Shown piece after piece: positions 19,488 to 27,896 of a stretch of 64,000 nucleotides of DNA (position 1 is the first letter of the stretch; every line of letters starts with the position of its first letter). A program made the position numbers and the translations under genes. Location: positions 6,392-70,391 of the forward strand of contig JANQFP010000216.1 in the NCBI GenBank assembly GCA_028277795.1, written 5' to 3'. The notes beneath the pieces are model-generated. The model was given only the letters and a program-made list of their open reading frames with translations, was not told the DNA's origin and did not search any database. This stretch comes from Rhodospirillales bacterium (GTDB lineage: Bacteria; Pseudomonadota; Alphaproteobacteria; Rhodospirillales; JANQFP01).

Positions 19488-19519
19488 GGAGGATCCGCAA
19501 GTCGGCGGAAACGGCAGGG

Positions 19520-20221
19520 TCAGCGGATCAGGTTGTAACGCAGGATGTAGAAGATCGCCCGGACGCCGTCCTTCCAGCCGATCTTCTTGCCTTCCTGGTA
19601 GGTGCGGCCGGCATAGCTGATGCCGACCTCGTAGATGCGCGGCCGCGGTTCCAGCCGCGCGATCTTGGCGGTGACCTCGGGCTCGAAACCGAAACGATCC
19701 TCGCGCAGCGAGATGCGGTTCAGGAGATCGCGGCGGAAGACCTTGTAGCAGGTCTCCATGTCGGTGAGGTTCAGGTCGGTGAACATGTCGGACAATACGG
19801 TGAGGAAACGGTTGCCGACGCTGTGCCAGTAGTAGAGCACCCGGTTGGCCTCGCCGCCCTTGAACCGGGATCCGTAGACCACGTCGGCCCGACCGTCGAG
19901 GATCGGCCGCAGCAGCCTCACGTACTCCCGCGGATCGTATTCCAGGTCGGCATCCTGAATCAGAACGTAGTCGCCGGTGGCCTCGGCGATGCCTGCACGC
20001 ACCGCGGCCCCCTTGCCCCGGTTCTTCCGGAACCGCACCAGCCGGGCATAGAGGTCGGGTCGCTCCTCCAGCAGGGCGCCGGTGCGGTCGACCGAGCCGT
20101 CGTCCACCACGACGACCTCGAAGGTGGCGCCTTCCACCGACTGGGCGGCAACCGTCTCGAGGAGCCGGATGACCGTGTTCTCTTCGTTGTATACGGGAAC
20201 GACGACGGTGACCTTGATCAC
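19520..20221 (-). CDS. GT2 glycosyltransferase (DPM1-like polyprenyl-phosphate sugar synthase type, soluble)
   Basis: 'VTVVVPVYNEENTV', 'VVVVDDGSVDRT' and 'LIQDADLEYDP' (DAD), ending '...GWKDGVRAIFYILRYNLIR'. GTG start. Confidence 0.9.
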   Translation of the reverse strand: MIKVTVVVPVYNEENTVIRLLETVAAQSVEGATFEVVVVDDGSVDRTGALLEERPDLYARLVRFRKNRGKGAAVRAGIAEATGDYVLIQDADLEYDPREYVRLLRPILDGRADVVYGSRFKGGEANRVLYYWHSVGNRFLTVLSDMFTDLNLTDMETCYKVFRRDLLNRISLREDRFGFEPEVTAKIARLEPRPRIYEVGISYAGRTYQEGKKIGWKDGVRAIFYILRYNLIR

Positions 20222-20308
20222 GGATGACCTGCGGGGCGATGGTGCGCAGACGATGCGCTGGGAATGCCCGGCGGGTTGCGCCAGCGGCAGCGAAATCGGG
20301 CGGGGCCC

Positions 20309-20337
20309 CTTATAGCCATCCGGATTCGGCGTGGCAA
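20309..20337 (-). promoter_or_regulatory. Candidate sigma70-type promoter upstream of GT2 19520..20221
   Basis: Minus strand reads TTGCCA (20337..20332), exactly 17 nt, then TATAAG (20314..20309). It lies in the 136-bp gap, one of the few AT-containing spots of the locus. Confidence 0.4.
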
Positions 20338-20357
20338 CGCGTCATCCGGCGCCTGCG

Positions 20358-21077
20358 TCAGGGACTTTCGGGCCGGCGAGCCACCAGCAGCACGTTCTTG
20401 CCGACGGGCGGCGTCAGCATACGCTCGATGGCGCGCGTCAACGGCACGCCGAATCGGTCATAGGCGGCGGCCAGGCCCGAATCGAGCCGGGTGCTTCGGC
20501 CGACCGTGCAGAACACCCACCACGGCGCGATGCCGAGAATATCCAGGTAGCGCGACACCGTGACCTCAAGGCCGGTGGCGGCCACCTTGTCGCTGAGCTC
20601 GCCGCGGCGGTAGCGCCGGTGGTGGCCCACCAGCCGGTCGAAGTCGCTGAACAGGAAACGCAGCGCCGGCACGAACACGAGCAGGCGACCGCCCGGCCGC
20701 AAGATCCGCGCCAAGTCAGCCAGCGCCGCGCGGTCGTCCTCGATGTGCTCCAGCACGTTGACCAGCACCGCCACGTCGCGGGACGCCGAGGGCACCTCGC
20801 CGAGTCGCTGCTCCAACGTTCCCGGTATGATGGTAACCCGCTCATCGCCGTCGAACCGCCTCTCCAGCTCGGCCACAAGATTGGGAGACGGTTCGATCAA
20901 GTCGAGCCGGTCCACGTGAGTCAGCAGCCGCTCCGACACGCCACCGACACCGGCGCCCAACTCGACGACGTGACCGCCGAGATGGGGCCGGAACCACTCG
21001 AGGATCCAGGTGTAGTAATTGTCCAGGCACGCCGTGACCTCCAGATCGCGCCCCTCGTAGGTGTTGGTTTCGCTCAA
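20358..21077 (-). CDS. Class I SAM-dependent methyltransferase
   Basis: 'VVELGAGVGGVS' motif I and 'LVNVLEHIEDD...LRPGGRLLVFVP'. TTG start, 6 nt after the upstream stop. Confidence 0.85.
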   Translation of the reverse strand: MSETNTYEGRDLEVTACLDNYYTWILEWFRPHLGGHVVELGAGVGGVSERLLTHVDRLDLIEPSPNLVAELERRFDGDERVTIIPGTLEQRLGEVPSASRDVAVLVNVLEHIEDDRAALADLARILRPGGRLLVFVPALRFLFSDFDRLVGHHRRYRRGELSDKVAATGLEVTVSRYLDILGIAPWWVFCTVGRSTRLDSGLAAAYDRFGVPLTRAIERMLTPPVGKNVLLVARRPESP

Positions 21078-21083
21078 CCGTGC

Positions 21084-22982
21084 TCAGCCCTCCGCGCAAC
21101 CGCGGCCGCCGAGGGTCAGCACGTCGAAAGTCCGCTCACCGGAGGACAGGGCCGGAAGAGTTCGTGATCGCGTCGTTCGCATGTGGAACGACTTGAGGAC
21201 GCGCAGACACCCCACTTCCCACAGGCGGTGAAGGGGCCGCGAATACTCGAAGCCCTGGGGGGTCGGCACGCGCCCCAGCAAGGCATGGGTGATTCCCATG
21301 GCCGCCACTTGCCGACGCAAGGCCGCCGCGTCCGTGTTGTCTCCACGCAAATCGATGGCCGCCTGACTCACATCCGTGGCGAAGAAATAGGGCACGTCGA
21401 GGAAATAGAGCAACTGACGCTCCGACGTCAGGACCCGGTCCACCGGTTTCAGGTGGGCGTTGATCCAAACCGCGGCGTCGTACCCGAGCACGTTGTCGCG
21501 CAGGAATGCGGCCCTGTCCGCGCCGCCAGCCAGATAGCGGTAGGCGTTGACGGAGAACAAGGCTTGTCCGGTCACCTGCAAGCAGAGCGTAGCCGCTACC
21601 GCGACCGCCAGCGGCCGCACCAGACCGCCCGCCGTGACGGTGAGTCGCTGCGCCGCCACGGTGAGGCACAGCAGGACCAGAGGCAGGACGGGGAGTATGT
21701 GGCGAATGCGCTGGGACGAACCGGTGAAGAACCACAGGGCATAGAACACGGCCGTCACGGCTGCGTAGACGAGCAAAGGACTGCGCCGGATGTTCCGGCG
21801 GAATGCCCACACGCCGAGAGCCGCGAAAGGCAGGATCAGCAAGCCGTAGGGCCCGAATCCGATCCGCCCCGCCTGGAACGCTGTCGGGGGATCGAGTGTC
21901 GCCTTGAGGGGGTAGAGCAGGAGCCAGAGGACCGATCTGGGGACGGCGCGCTCCCAAGGGAACCAGAACTCCTTGAAAGCGGTGTCGACGGTCGTGTTCC
22001 ACAGCACCATATCGTCGCGCCCCAGCCATTGGAAGAACATGGGAAAAGCCGGGTCGCCCGTATGCACCGCGTTCCACAGGTACCACTGGAAGCCGGCGAC
22101 CGCCAAGGCGGCCCCGAATGCCGCACCGTGGGCCAGCCACCGTCGTTGCACCAACACCGCCAATCCGCAGCCGGCGGCAAACAATAGGCCCAGGTACTTG
22201 GCCCCCACGTAGAAACCGGCCGCGGCGCCGCCGAGGACGGCGAAGCGGAGTCGCCCGGTCTCCAGGGCCCGTGCCGTTGCCCATGCCGCGGTCAACACGA
22301 ACAGGGCCATGCGCATCTCGACCTGACCACTGCCGGCGCCATAGATCGCCGCCGGCGTCGTGAGGAACACCGCGGTCACCGCCAGGGACCAGTTGCGGCC
22401 GAGATGACGGCGGCACAGGACGTACAAGAAGGCCCCCACCGCCCAGCCGCTGACCATGGTCCAAAGGGTCGCGGCGAGTTCGCCGCCCAGCCCCAGCGCC
22501 GCCAGGTAGGTCATGTGGATCAGGTAGGGGATGGCCCCGTCGAGCGGCCGCAGGATGAACTCGATCCGTCCGGCCTCGAGGAACAGCCGCGGATGGTTGA
22601 AGTGATAGGCCAGGGTGTCGGCATCGACGGGCGGGGCCAGCGCCTCCGCCCCGTCCATGGCCATCACGGCGGCGATCACGGCGATCAAGGTCCAACCGAC
22701 GGCATCCGGGCGACCACTGGCGGTGGGAAGGCCGGCGCGCCACAAATACACCGACCCCGCCGCCCCGGCCACCAGCAGTGCCAGAAGCCACGGCCAGGCC
22801 AGCAACCCGGCCACGCCCAACGGGAAGATCAACCAGCCGAGCAGGCCGAACCCGACGGCGAAGGCCACCACCAGGTGTTCGTCCCGGTCCATGCCGTCGG
22901 CGACGCGCAACAGGCGCAGCGCCGTCGCGCCGAGGCCGAGGCAGCACAGAACCTCCAACAGCACGACGCCGAGCGCGGTCAT
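21084..22982 (-). CDS. GT-C fold glycosyltransferase (ArnT/PMT-like, polyprenyl-phosphate-sugar dependent)
   Basis: 632 aa from MTALGVVLLEV.... At least 11 TM spans. The first periplasmic loop contains 'PPVDADTLAYHF' (acidic motif). Large C-terminal soluble domain. ATG 22982 overlaps the micro-ORF stop. Confidence 0.72.
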   Translation of the reverse strand: MTALGVVLLEVLCCLGLGATALRLLRVADGMDRDEHLVVAFAVGFGLLGWLIFPLGVAGLLAWPWLLALLVAGAAGSVYLWRAGLPTASGRPDAVGWTLIAVIAAVMAMDGAEALAPPVDADTLAYHFNHPRLFLEAGRIEFILRPLDGAIPYLIHMTYLAALGLGGELAATLWTMVSGWAVGAFLYVLCRRHLGRNWSLAVTAVFLTTPAAIYGAGSGQVEMRMALFVLTAAWATARALETGRLRFAVLGGAAAGFYVGAKYLGLLFAAGCGLAVLVQRRWLAHGAAFGAALAVAGFQWYLWNAVHTGDPAFPMFFQWLGRDDMVLWNTTVDTAFKEFWFPWERAVPRSVLWLLLYPLKATLDPPTAFQAGRIGFGPYGLLILPFAALGVWAFRRNIRRSPLLVYAAVTAVFYALWFFTGSSQRIRHILPVLPLVLLCLTVAAQRLTVTAGGLVRPLAVAVAATLCLQVTGQALFSVNAYRYLAGGADRAAFLRDNVLGYDAAVWINAHLKPVDRVLTSERQLLYFLDVPYFFATDVSQAAIDLRGDNTDAAALRRQVAAMGITHALLGRVPTPQGFEYSRPLHRLWEVGCLRVLKSFHMRTTRSRTLPALSSGERTFDVLTLGGRGCAEG

Positions 22983-23101
22983 GCCAGCCCCAGGGTCCGC
23001 AGCACCGCATCGATCAGTTGCCGAAACTGGAACAGGTAGGCGGCCAGCGCCGCGGCCACCCAGACCCACATCAGGGTGGCGAGGAGGGATTGCCGGGTCA
23101 T
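22979..23101 (-). CDS. Unannotated 40-aa single-pass membrane micro-protein, translationally coupled to the GT-C gene
   Basis: Hand translation gives MTRQSLLATLMWVWVAAALAAYLFQFRQLIDAVLRTLGLA*. ATG (23101..23099) lies about 10 nt after a GAGGG. The TGA overlaps the ATG of the GT-C gene (ATGA at 22982..22979). It fills an otherwise unexplained 132-bp gap and is too short for the ORF track. Confidence 0.5.
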   Translation of the reverse strand: MTRQSLLATLMWVWVAAALAAYLFQFRQLIDAVLRTLGLA

Positions 23102-23114
23102 CGTGGCGAGGCCC

Positions 23115-25007
23115 TCACGCCGCTTCGGCCAGGTCGTCCAGGCCGTAGGTCGGCGGAGCCGGCTGGTGCCGCCGCTCCACGTGAACCCGCACCGCCAGCT
23201 CCAACATCAGAAGGGTGTAGACGCGAAACCCGTGGCGGTCCGGGTCGGCGAGCAAGCGGTCGATGCCGGCGCCTGTCCACCAGCCCCTGTCCAGGGTCGC
23301 CGGCCGGGTCAGCAGCCGCCGTGCCAAGGGCGCCAGGCCGGCCCGCAACCAGGCCGGCACCGGCGAGGCGAACCCCTGTTTCGGCGTCGCCGTCACCGCT
23401 TCGGGCAGGAACCGGGCGGCCATGCTGCGCTCCAGTCCCTTCTGACGGCCGTCCGGGGTGCGCAGCGCCGGGGGCACTGCCAGGGCGGCCTCGACCAGAC
23501 GGTGGTCTAGGAAAGGCACCCTCCCCTCCACGCTCGCCGCCATGGAGGTGCGGTCGAGCAGGGTCAGCAGGTCGTCGGGCAGGTAAGTGACCAGATCGGC
23601 ATGGAGGGCCGCGGTCTGCGGTGGTCCGGCGAAGGCGGCGAAGGCGTCCTGCTGGGCCGGCGGCGGGGGCGCCATACGGTTGCCGATGAGAGCACGCATG
23701 GGCGGCGGGAAGTGGCAGCTATGGTCGTGAATGTAGCCGCCCCGGTCGCTGTCGAATTTGGCCGCCCGCGCCAGTTGCCACGCCCGCATGGGCGCGACGG
23801 CCCGAACTGCCGGCTCGATGACGCCGCGCCGCAGCCAGCCGGGCAGACGCAGGTAGCGGGCCTCCACCGGCAGCAGGAAGTAGCGGCCGTAGCCGGCGAA
23901 CAGCTCGTCGCCGCCGGTGCCGTTCAGCGCCACCTTGACGTGGCGGCCGAGAGCCGACTCGATCAGGTCGTTGGGCAACAGGGCGGCATCGTTGAGTGGT
24001 TCCTCGCAATGCCAAGCCAGCCGCGGCAGGTGGTCGGCGGCGGACCCGGCGGGCACCGTTACTCGGGTGTGGTCGGTGCCGTAGCGGGTGGCCACCATCT
24101 CGGCCAGGGGCGCCTCGTCCACCTCGGCGCCCTCGAAGCTCACCGTGAATGTCTTGGGTGGCCGGGCCGAGTGCCGCGCGGCCAGGGCCGCCACCAGTCC
24201 CGAGTCGATGCCGCCCGAAAGCAGTACGCCGACCGGCACGTCGCTGCGCAACTGCAGGCGGACGCTGTCCGACAGCAGCGCGGTCAGGTGGTTCTCCACG
24301 TCTACGGGTTCGACCGGCAGGTCGGCGGCCGGCTGCGCCTGCCAGTACCGACTGACGGTCACCGTCCCGTCGGCGTCGGCGCGCAGCAGGTGGGCCGGCG
24401 GCAGCTTCGAAACCCCGGCAAACAGGGTCGCCGGTGCGGGCACGTAACCGTGCGCCAAGTAGGCGGACACGGCCGCTTCGTCCACCGCCGGCGCCACCAG
24501 GCCGGACGCGAACAACGCCTTGATCTCGGACGCGAACAACACCCCGCCGCCGTCGAGCCGGCACCAGTACAGGGGCTTGACCCCCAGGCGATCCCGCACC
24601 AGCAACAGGCGGTGAGGCTCCCGTTCGTAAAGGGCGAGCGCGTACATGCCGTTGAGGTGCTGGACGAACGCCTCGCCGTGGCGCCGGGCCAGAGGCAGAA
24701 TCACCTCCATGTCGCCCCGGGTCCGGTACGGGTAGTCCGGCTCGTCCCGGCGCAGCTCAACGTAGTTGTAGACCTCCCCGTTGCCCATGAGAACACGGGC
24801 GCCGCCGTCCTCGACAATGGGCTGGTCGGCGCCCTCCGGATCGATGATGGCGAGGCGCGCGAATCCGGCCTGGAAGCGACGGTCCGGGCTGACGAATCGG
24901 CCGCTTCCGTCGGGACCGCGGTGGCGCATGACCGACGCCATGGCGTCCACGTCGGCCTCCACCACCGACGCGCCCCGCGGCAGGAACAGTCCGGCCAGTC
25001 CGCACAT
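23115..25007 (-). CDS. Asparagine synthase (glutamine-hydrolysing) family amidotransferase (WbpG/EpsI-like)
   Basis: Ntn-type N-terminus 'MCGLAGLF' with the Cys2 nucleophile, and 'GVLLSGGIDSGLV' PP-loop. The 972-aa track ORF is an out-of-frame over-extension into the next gene. Confidence 0.9.
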   Translation of the reverse strand: MCGLAGLFLPRGASVVEADVDAMASVMRHRGPDGSGRFVSPDRRFQAGFARLAIIDPEGADQPIVEDGGARVLMGNGEVYNYVELRRDEPDYPYRTRGDMEVILPLARRHGEAFVQHLNGMYALALYEREPHRLLLVRDRLGVKPLYWCRLDGGGVLFASEIKALFASGLVAPAVDEAAVSAYLAHGYVPAPATLFAGVSKLPPAHLLRADADGTVTVSRYWQAQPAADLPVEPVDVENHLTALLSDSVRLQLRSDVPVGVLLSGGIDSGLVAALAARHSARPPKTFTVSFEGAEVDEAPLAEMVATRYGTDHTRVTVPAGSAADHLPRLAWHCEEPLNDAALLPNDLIESALGRHVKVALNGTGGDELFAGYGRYFLLPVEARYLRLPGWLRRGVIEPAVRAVAPMRAWQLARAAKFDSDRGGYIHDHSCHFPPPMRALIGNRMAPPPPAQQDAFAAFAGPPQTAALHADLVTYLPDDLLTLLDRTSMAASVEGRVPFLDHRLVEAALAVPPALRTPDGRQKGLERSMAARFLPEAVTATPKQGFASPVPAWLRAGLAPLARRLLTRPATLDRGWWTGAGIDRLLADPDRHGFRVYTLLMLELAVRVHVERRHQPAPPTYGLDDLAEAA

Positions 25008-25021
25008 GAAGATCCTGCGAA

Positions 25022-26167
25022 TCAGGCCAGCGACGTGTCGCCGTCGTAGGAGGTCACGTACCAGGTCTCCTCGCGCGCGCACGCCTCCGCCAGCTCCGGC
25101 GTCATGGCCTTGAAGAAGAACGGGAAGGTGGGCATGGCGCGGACCAGCGGTCGGGATGCATGGACCATGCGCCGCAGATTGGCCGGCAGTCCCACCACCT
25201 CCAGGACGTGGTAGCCCGCCTCCCGGCCGTAGTCGGCGGCGGCGGCGAGCAGGCGGTCGAGAACGTGCGAATCGTCGCCGGCAATGAACAGGTCGGCCAG
25301 CTTGAGACGCCGCAGGCCGATGGCCGGTGCGTCCTCGTTGACGGCGACGGCGTAGCCCTGGAGGCGACCGCCGCCGCGGGCCCCCAGCACCACCGTATCC
25401 CGCTCCTCGGTCAGCGGCGTGTAGTACCAGCGCAGCGTCGCGGCATCGCGGCAGGCCAGGAGCCGCCGACCCTCGGCCTTTTTGCGGTGCCACAGGTCGT
25501 CGAACTCGCCGCCCAGATCGCCAATCCGCAGCCGGTCGACATCGAACCCACGCCCTGCCGGACGCCGCCGACCCAGCGCCGTGGCGGTGGCCAGACCGGG
25601 CGCGGCGGCGAAGGCGGCCGCGGCGGCGGCCGTCGCCGGCAGCCCCTTCTTGCGGAAGGCGGCGGTGAGGAATCCCCCGGCATCGAGCACCCAGTACAGG
25701 ACCCGGTCGTAATCGGTCTGAGGCAGGGCCGAGCCGCCGTGGCGCAGGCACCGTTGGCCGGCCGGGTAGTTGGCCGAGCTGATCAGCAGCAGATCCGCAT
25801 TGGGCTGCTCGAAATAGGCGGCGACCAAACCCCCGGCCTGAGGCCGGTAGTCCTTCTCCACCCCCCAAGCGCGCGACGTGGACACCAGGACGGGTTGGTC
25901 GCCGTAATAGGACACCATCGGAATGTTGCCGACGAACCCCACCATGCGGCCACCGTCCTCCAACACCCAGCCGCGGCTGAACCCTGGACCGTGAACCGCA
26001 ATGGCCGGGTTGTCGCGCCACAGGCGCTCCCAATGGGCGCGCACCGCCGCCTCGCCAGACGGCATGGCGACGCCGAGGCCGACCAGCAGATCGGTGATCC
26101 GCGGGTAGTCCTCGAAGGTGGCGTCCCGCATGGCGCAGCTGCCGCTGGCCGGGGCTCCGTCAGCCAT
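25022..26167 (-). CDS. Putative acyltransferase, GNAT/FemAB-like (function tentative)
   Basis: 381 aa with good coding appearance. Size and context (next to the AsnB-type gene) resemble FemAB/Acetyltransf_6-type proteins of EPS loci. I cannot point to a diagnostic motif. ATG 26167 gives an 8-nt overlap; alternative ATG at 26131. Confidence 0.5.
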   Translation of the reverse strand: MADGAPASGSCAMRDATFEDYPRITDLLVGLGVAMPSGEAAVRAHWERLWRDNPAIAVHGPGFSRGWVLEDGGRMVGFVGNIPMVSYYGDQPVLVSTSRAWGVEKDYRPQAGGLVAAYFEQPNADLLLISSANYPAGQRCLRHGGSALPQTDYDRVLYWVLDAGGFLTAAFRKKGLPATAAAAAAFAAAPGLATATALGRRRPAGRGFDVDRLRIGDLGGEFDDLWHRKKAEGRRLLACRDAATLRWYYTPLTEERDTVVLGARGGGRLQGYAVAVNEDAPAIGLRRLKLADLFIAGDDSHVLDRLLAAAADYGREAGYHVLEVVGLPANLRRMVHASRPLVRAMPTFPFFFKAMTPELAEACAREETWYVTSYDGDTSLA

Positions 26168-27896
26168 GGCTGAAGAAATAGCGGAGCTGGTGGGCGCCCC
26201 ACGACGCCAGCAGGTGGTCGCGGCGCACCATCATGGGCGAGTCCCCGGTCCGCATGGCGCCGCGGACGCCGCTGAGGAACGACCGGTAGCCCAGCCGGCG
26301 GGCGATTCCGGGGTCGCGATCGGGGTCGAAGTGGACGCGCGGCAGGCCGAACGGGGCGCAGAAATGGGCGCACGCGGTGCCGGTCCGCTCCTCGATGGTG
26401 CGCTTGGAGCGGTCCAGCTCGCCTTCGACCCCGGCGGCATCGAGGGCCGCCAGGTTGGCGTGGCTCTCGGTGTGGGAGCCGAAGGTCACGCCCGCCGCCA
26501 TCATTTCCCGGCAGTCGCCCCAGCCGAGGAAATCGATGACCAGCCGGCGGTCGTCATAGAAGCCCATGAGCAGGTCCCGGTCCCGGTCCGGGCGGGTATC
26601 GATGTAGCGTGTCGGCAGGAAGACGGTGGCCGGCACCCCCTTGTCGGCGAGTATGGGCAGGGCATTGGTCCGGCAGCTGCGGAATCCGTCGTCGAAGGTG
26701 ACACAGAAGTAGCGGCCGTCCACGGGATCGCCGGCGGCGAGCAGGGCGATGGCGTCGTCGAGGGCGATGAACTCGCCCCAGGCGCGCATGGCGTTCAACT
26801 GGCGGGCGAAACCCGACCGTTCGTCGTCGAAGACGTGGTGGTAGTAGGGAAAACGAATCCATCCGCCCCGGCGGCGCGGCGACCGGCCCACCGACAGGGC
26901 GAACACGGCGGCGTCCCGGGCCTTCGCGCGGAGCCGCTGACGCAGCGACCGGCGGCCCAGGTACTGGCGGTAGGTGCTGGGAGGGTTGAGGAAGTCGGGC
27001 CGCGGCGGGCGGGGTCCGAACAGGTGGGCCAGGGTCAGCGCCGCCAGGCTGACGGGAGTGGCTGCCGCCACCCGGGCCGCCGCCAGGAAGCGGCCCTGGT
27101 GCCGGAACGCCTGCACCGCCTCGTAGTGCAGCGCGACGACACGAAAGGCGACGCTGGCGAGCGGCCAACCGGGACGGTCTTTCAGGTCGTGGCTGTACCG
27201 CCGGGCGACCTCCAGGCAGCAACGCAGGCGCCGCATGACGTGATGCATGACGCTGCCCGGGGTCACGTTGTAGCGGGTCAACGCCTCGCCGAAGACATGG
27301 AACCGGGTGTCCGGCCGGCTCAGCATGGAGAGCCACAAAGCGAAGTCCTGGGCGTTGGGCAGGGTCTCGTCGAAGCCGCCGGCGGCGATGACGGCATCGC
27401 GACGGGCCACCACCGTGGTCGTTGCGATGTAGCCGCGCCGGTACAGGCTGACCAGCGGGTCGGGGCCGGCGCGGAAGTTGCCGACGCAATCGACGGCCGC
27501 CTCGGTGCCGTCGCGGGCGAAAAGGTAGTCGTGGGCCACCAGCACATACCGGCCGTCCTCCAGGTGCGGCATGGTGCGTTCGAGCTTGCTCGGCAGCCAC
27601 TCGTCGTCGGCGTCGAGGAATGCGAGCAGAGGCTGGGTGGCGGCGACCACGGCGTGGTTGCGGGCCGCCCCGGGACCCCGGTTGTCCTGGCGCAGCACGG
27701 TGAGCTCGATGCCGTCCATGGCATCGGCGCGGGCCGTGGCGGCCTCGAAGGTGCCGTCGTCGGAACCGTCGTCGACCACCACGACTTGGCGCGGCTTCAA
27801 GGTCTGGTCGGCGATGCTGTCGAGGGTGCGGCCGATGGTCGCCGCCGCCCGGTAGGCCGGCACCACCACGCTGACGTCTGCGAACGGTCCGGCCAT
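26160..27896 (-). CDS. Fusion protein: N-terminal GT2 glycosyltransferase + C-terminal polysaccharide deacetylase (NodB/CE4)
   Basis: N-terminal part: 'VSVVVPAYRAAATI', 'VVVVDDGSDDGT', 'FLDADDEW'. C-terminal part: 'VTFDDGFRS' and 'FGSHTESHANL' NodB motifs. A hydrophobic linker sits at about residue 270-290. Confidence 0.85.
   Translation of the reverse strand: MAGPFADVSVVVPAYRAAATIGRTLDSIADQTLKPRQVVVVDDGSDDGTFEAATARADAMDGIELTVLRQDNRGPGAARNHAVVAATQPLLAFLDADDEWLPSKLERTMPHLEDGRYVLVAHDYLFARDGTEAAVDCVGNFRAGPDPLVSLYRRGYIATTTVVARRDAVIAAGGFDETLPNAQDFALWLSMLSRPDTRFHVFGEALTRYNVTPGSVMHHVMRRLRCCLEVARRYSHDLKDRPGWPLASVAFRVVALHYEAVQAFRHQGRFLAAARVAAATPVSLAALTLAHLFGPRPPRPDFLNPPSTYRQYLGRRSLRQRLRAKARDAAVFALSVGRSPRRRGGWIRFPYYHHVFDDERSGFARQLNAMRAWGEFIALDDAIALLAAGDPVDGRYFCVTFDDGFRSCRTNALPILADKGVPATVFLPTRYIDTRPDRDRDLLMGFYDDRRLVIDFLGWGDCREMMAAGVTFGSHTESHANLAALDAAGVEGELDRSKRTIEERTGTACAHFCAPFGLPRVHFDPDRDPGIARRLGYRSFLSGVRGAMRTGDSPMMVRRDHLLASWGAHQLRYFFSHG

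Noticed and set aside
20219..20320. 33-codon minus-strand ORF (MAIRGPARFRCRW...) ending in a GTGA overlap with the GT2 start at 20221
   Set aside because: It is an Arg-rich peptide with no hydrophobic or structured character, and it uses rare ATA and AGG codons. The same DNA is better explained as promoter plus 5' leader.
21136..23010. 624-aa minus-strand ORF overlapping the GT-C gene in another frame, and analogous same-strand shadows such as 7481..8641, 8758..9642, 16565..17602, 39625..40560, 44003..44917 and 61343..62602
   Set aside because: These are same-strand, out-of-frame shadows of membrane or enzyme genes. Their translations are R, P, G and A-rich with no TM pattern or motifs, whereas the chosen frames show coherent hydrophobic spans or catalytic signatures.
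25008..26033. N-terminal 341 residues of the 972-aa track ORF 23115..26033, which would make a giant AsnB fusion
   Set aside because: That part overlaps the 25022..26167 gene out of frame and is Arg/Gly/Pro-rich. AsnB-family enzymes need the Cys right after the initiator Met (MCGLAG), which fixes the start at 25007.
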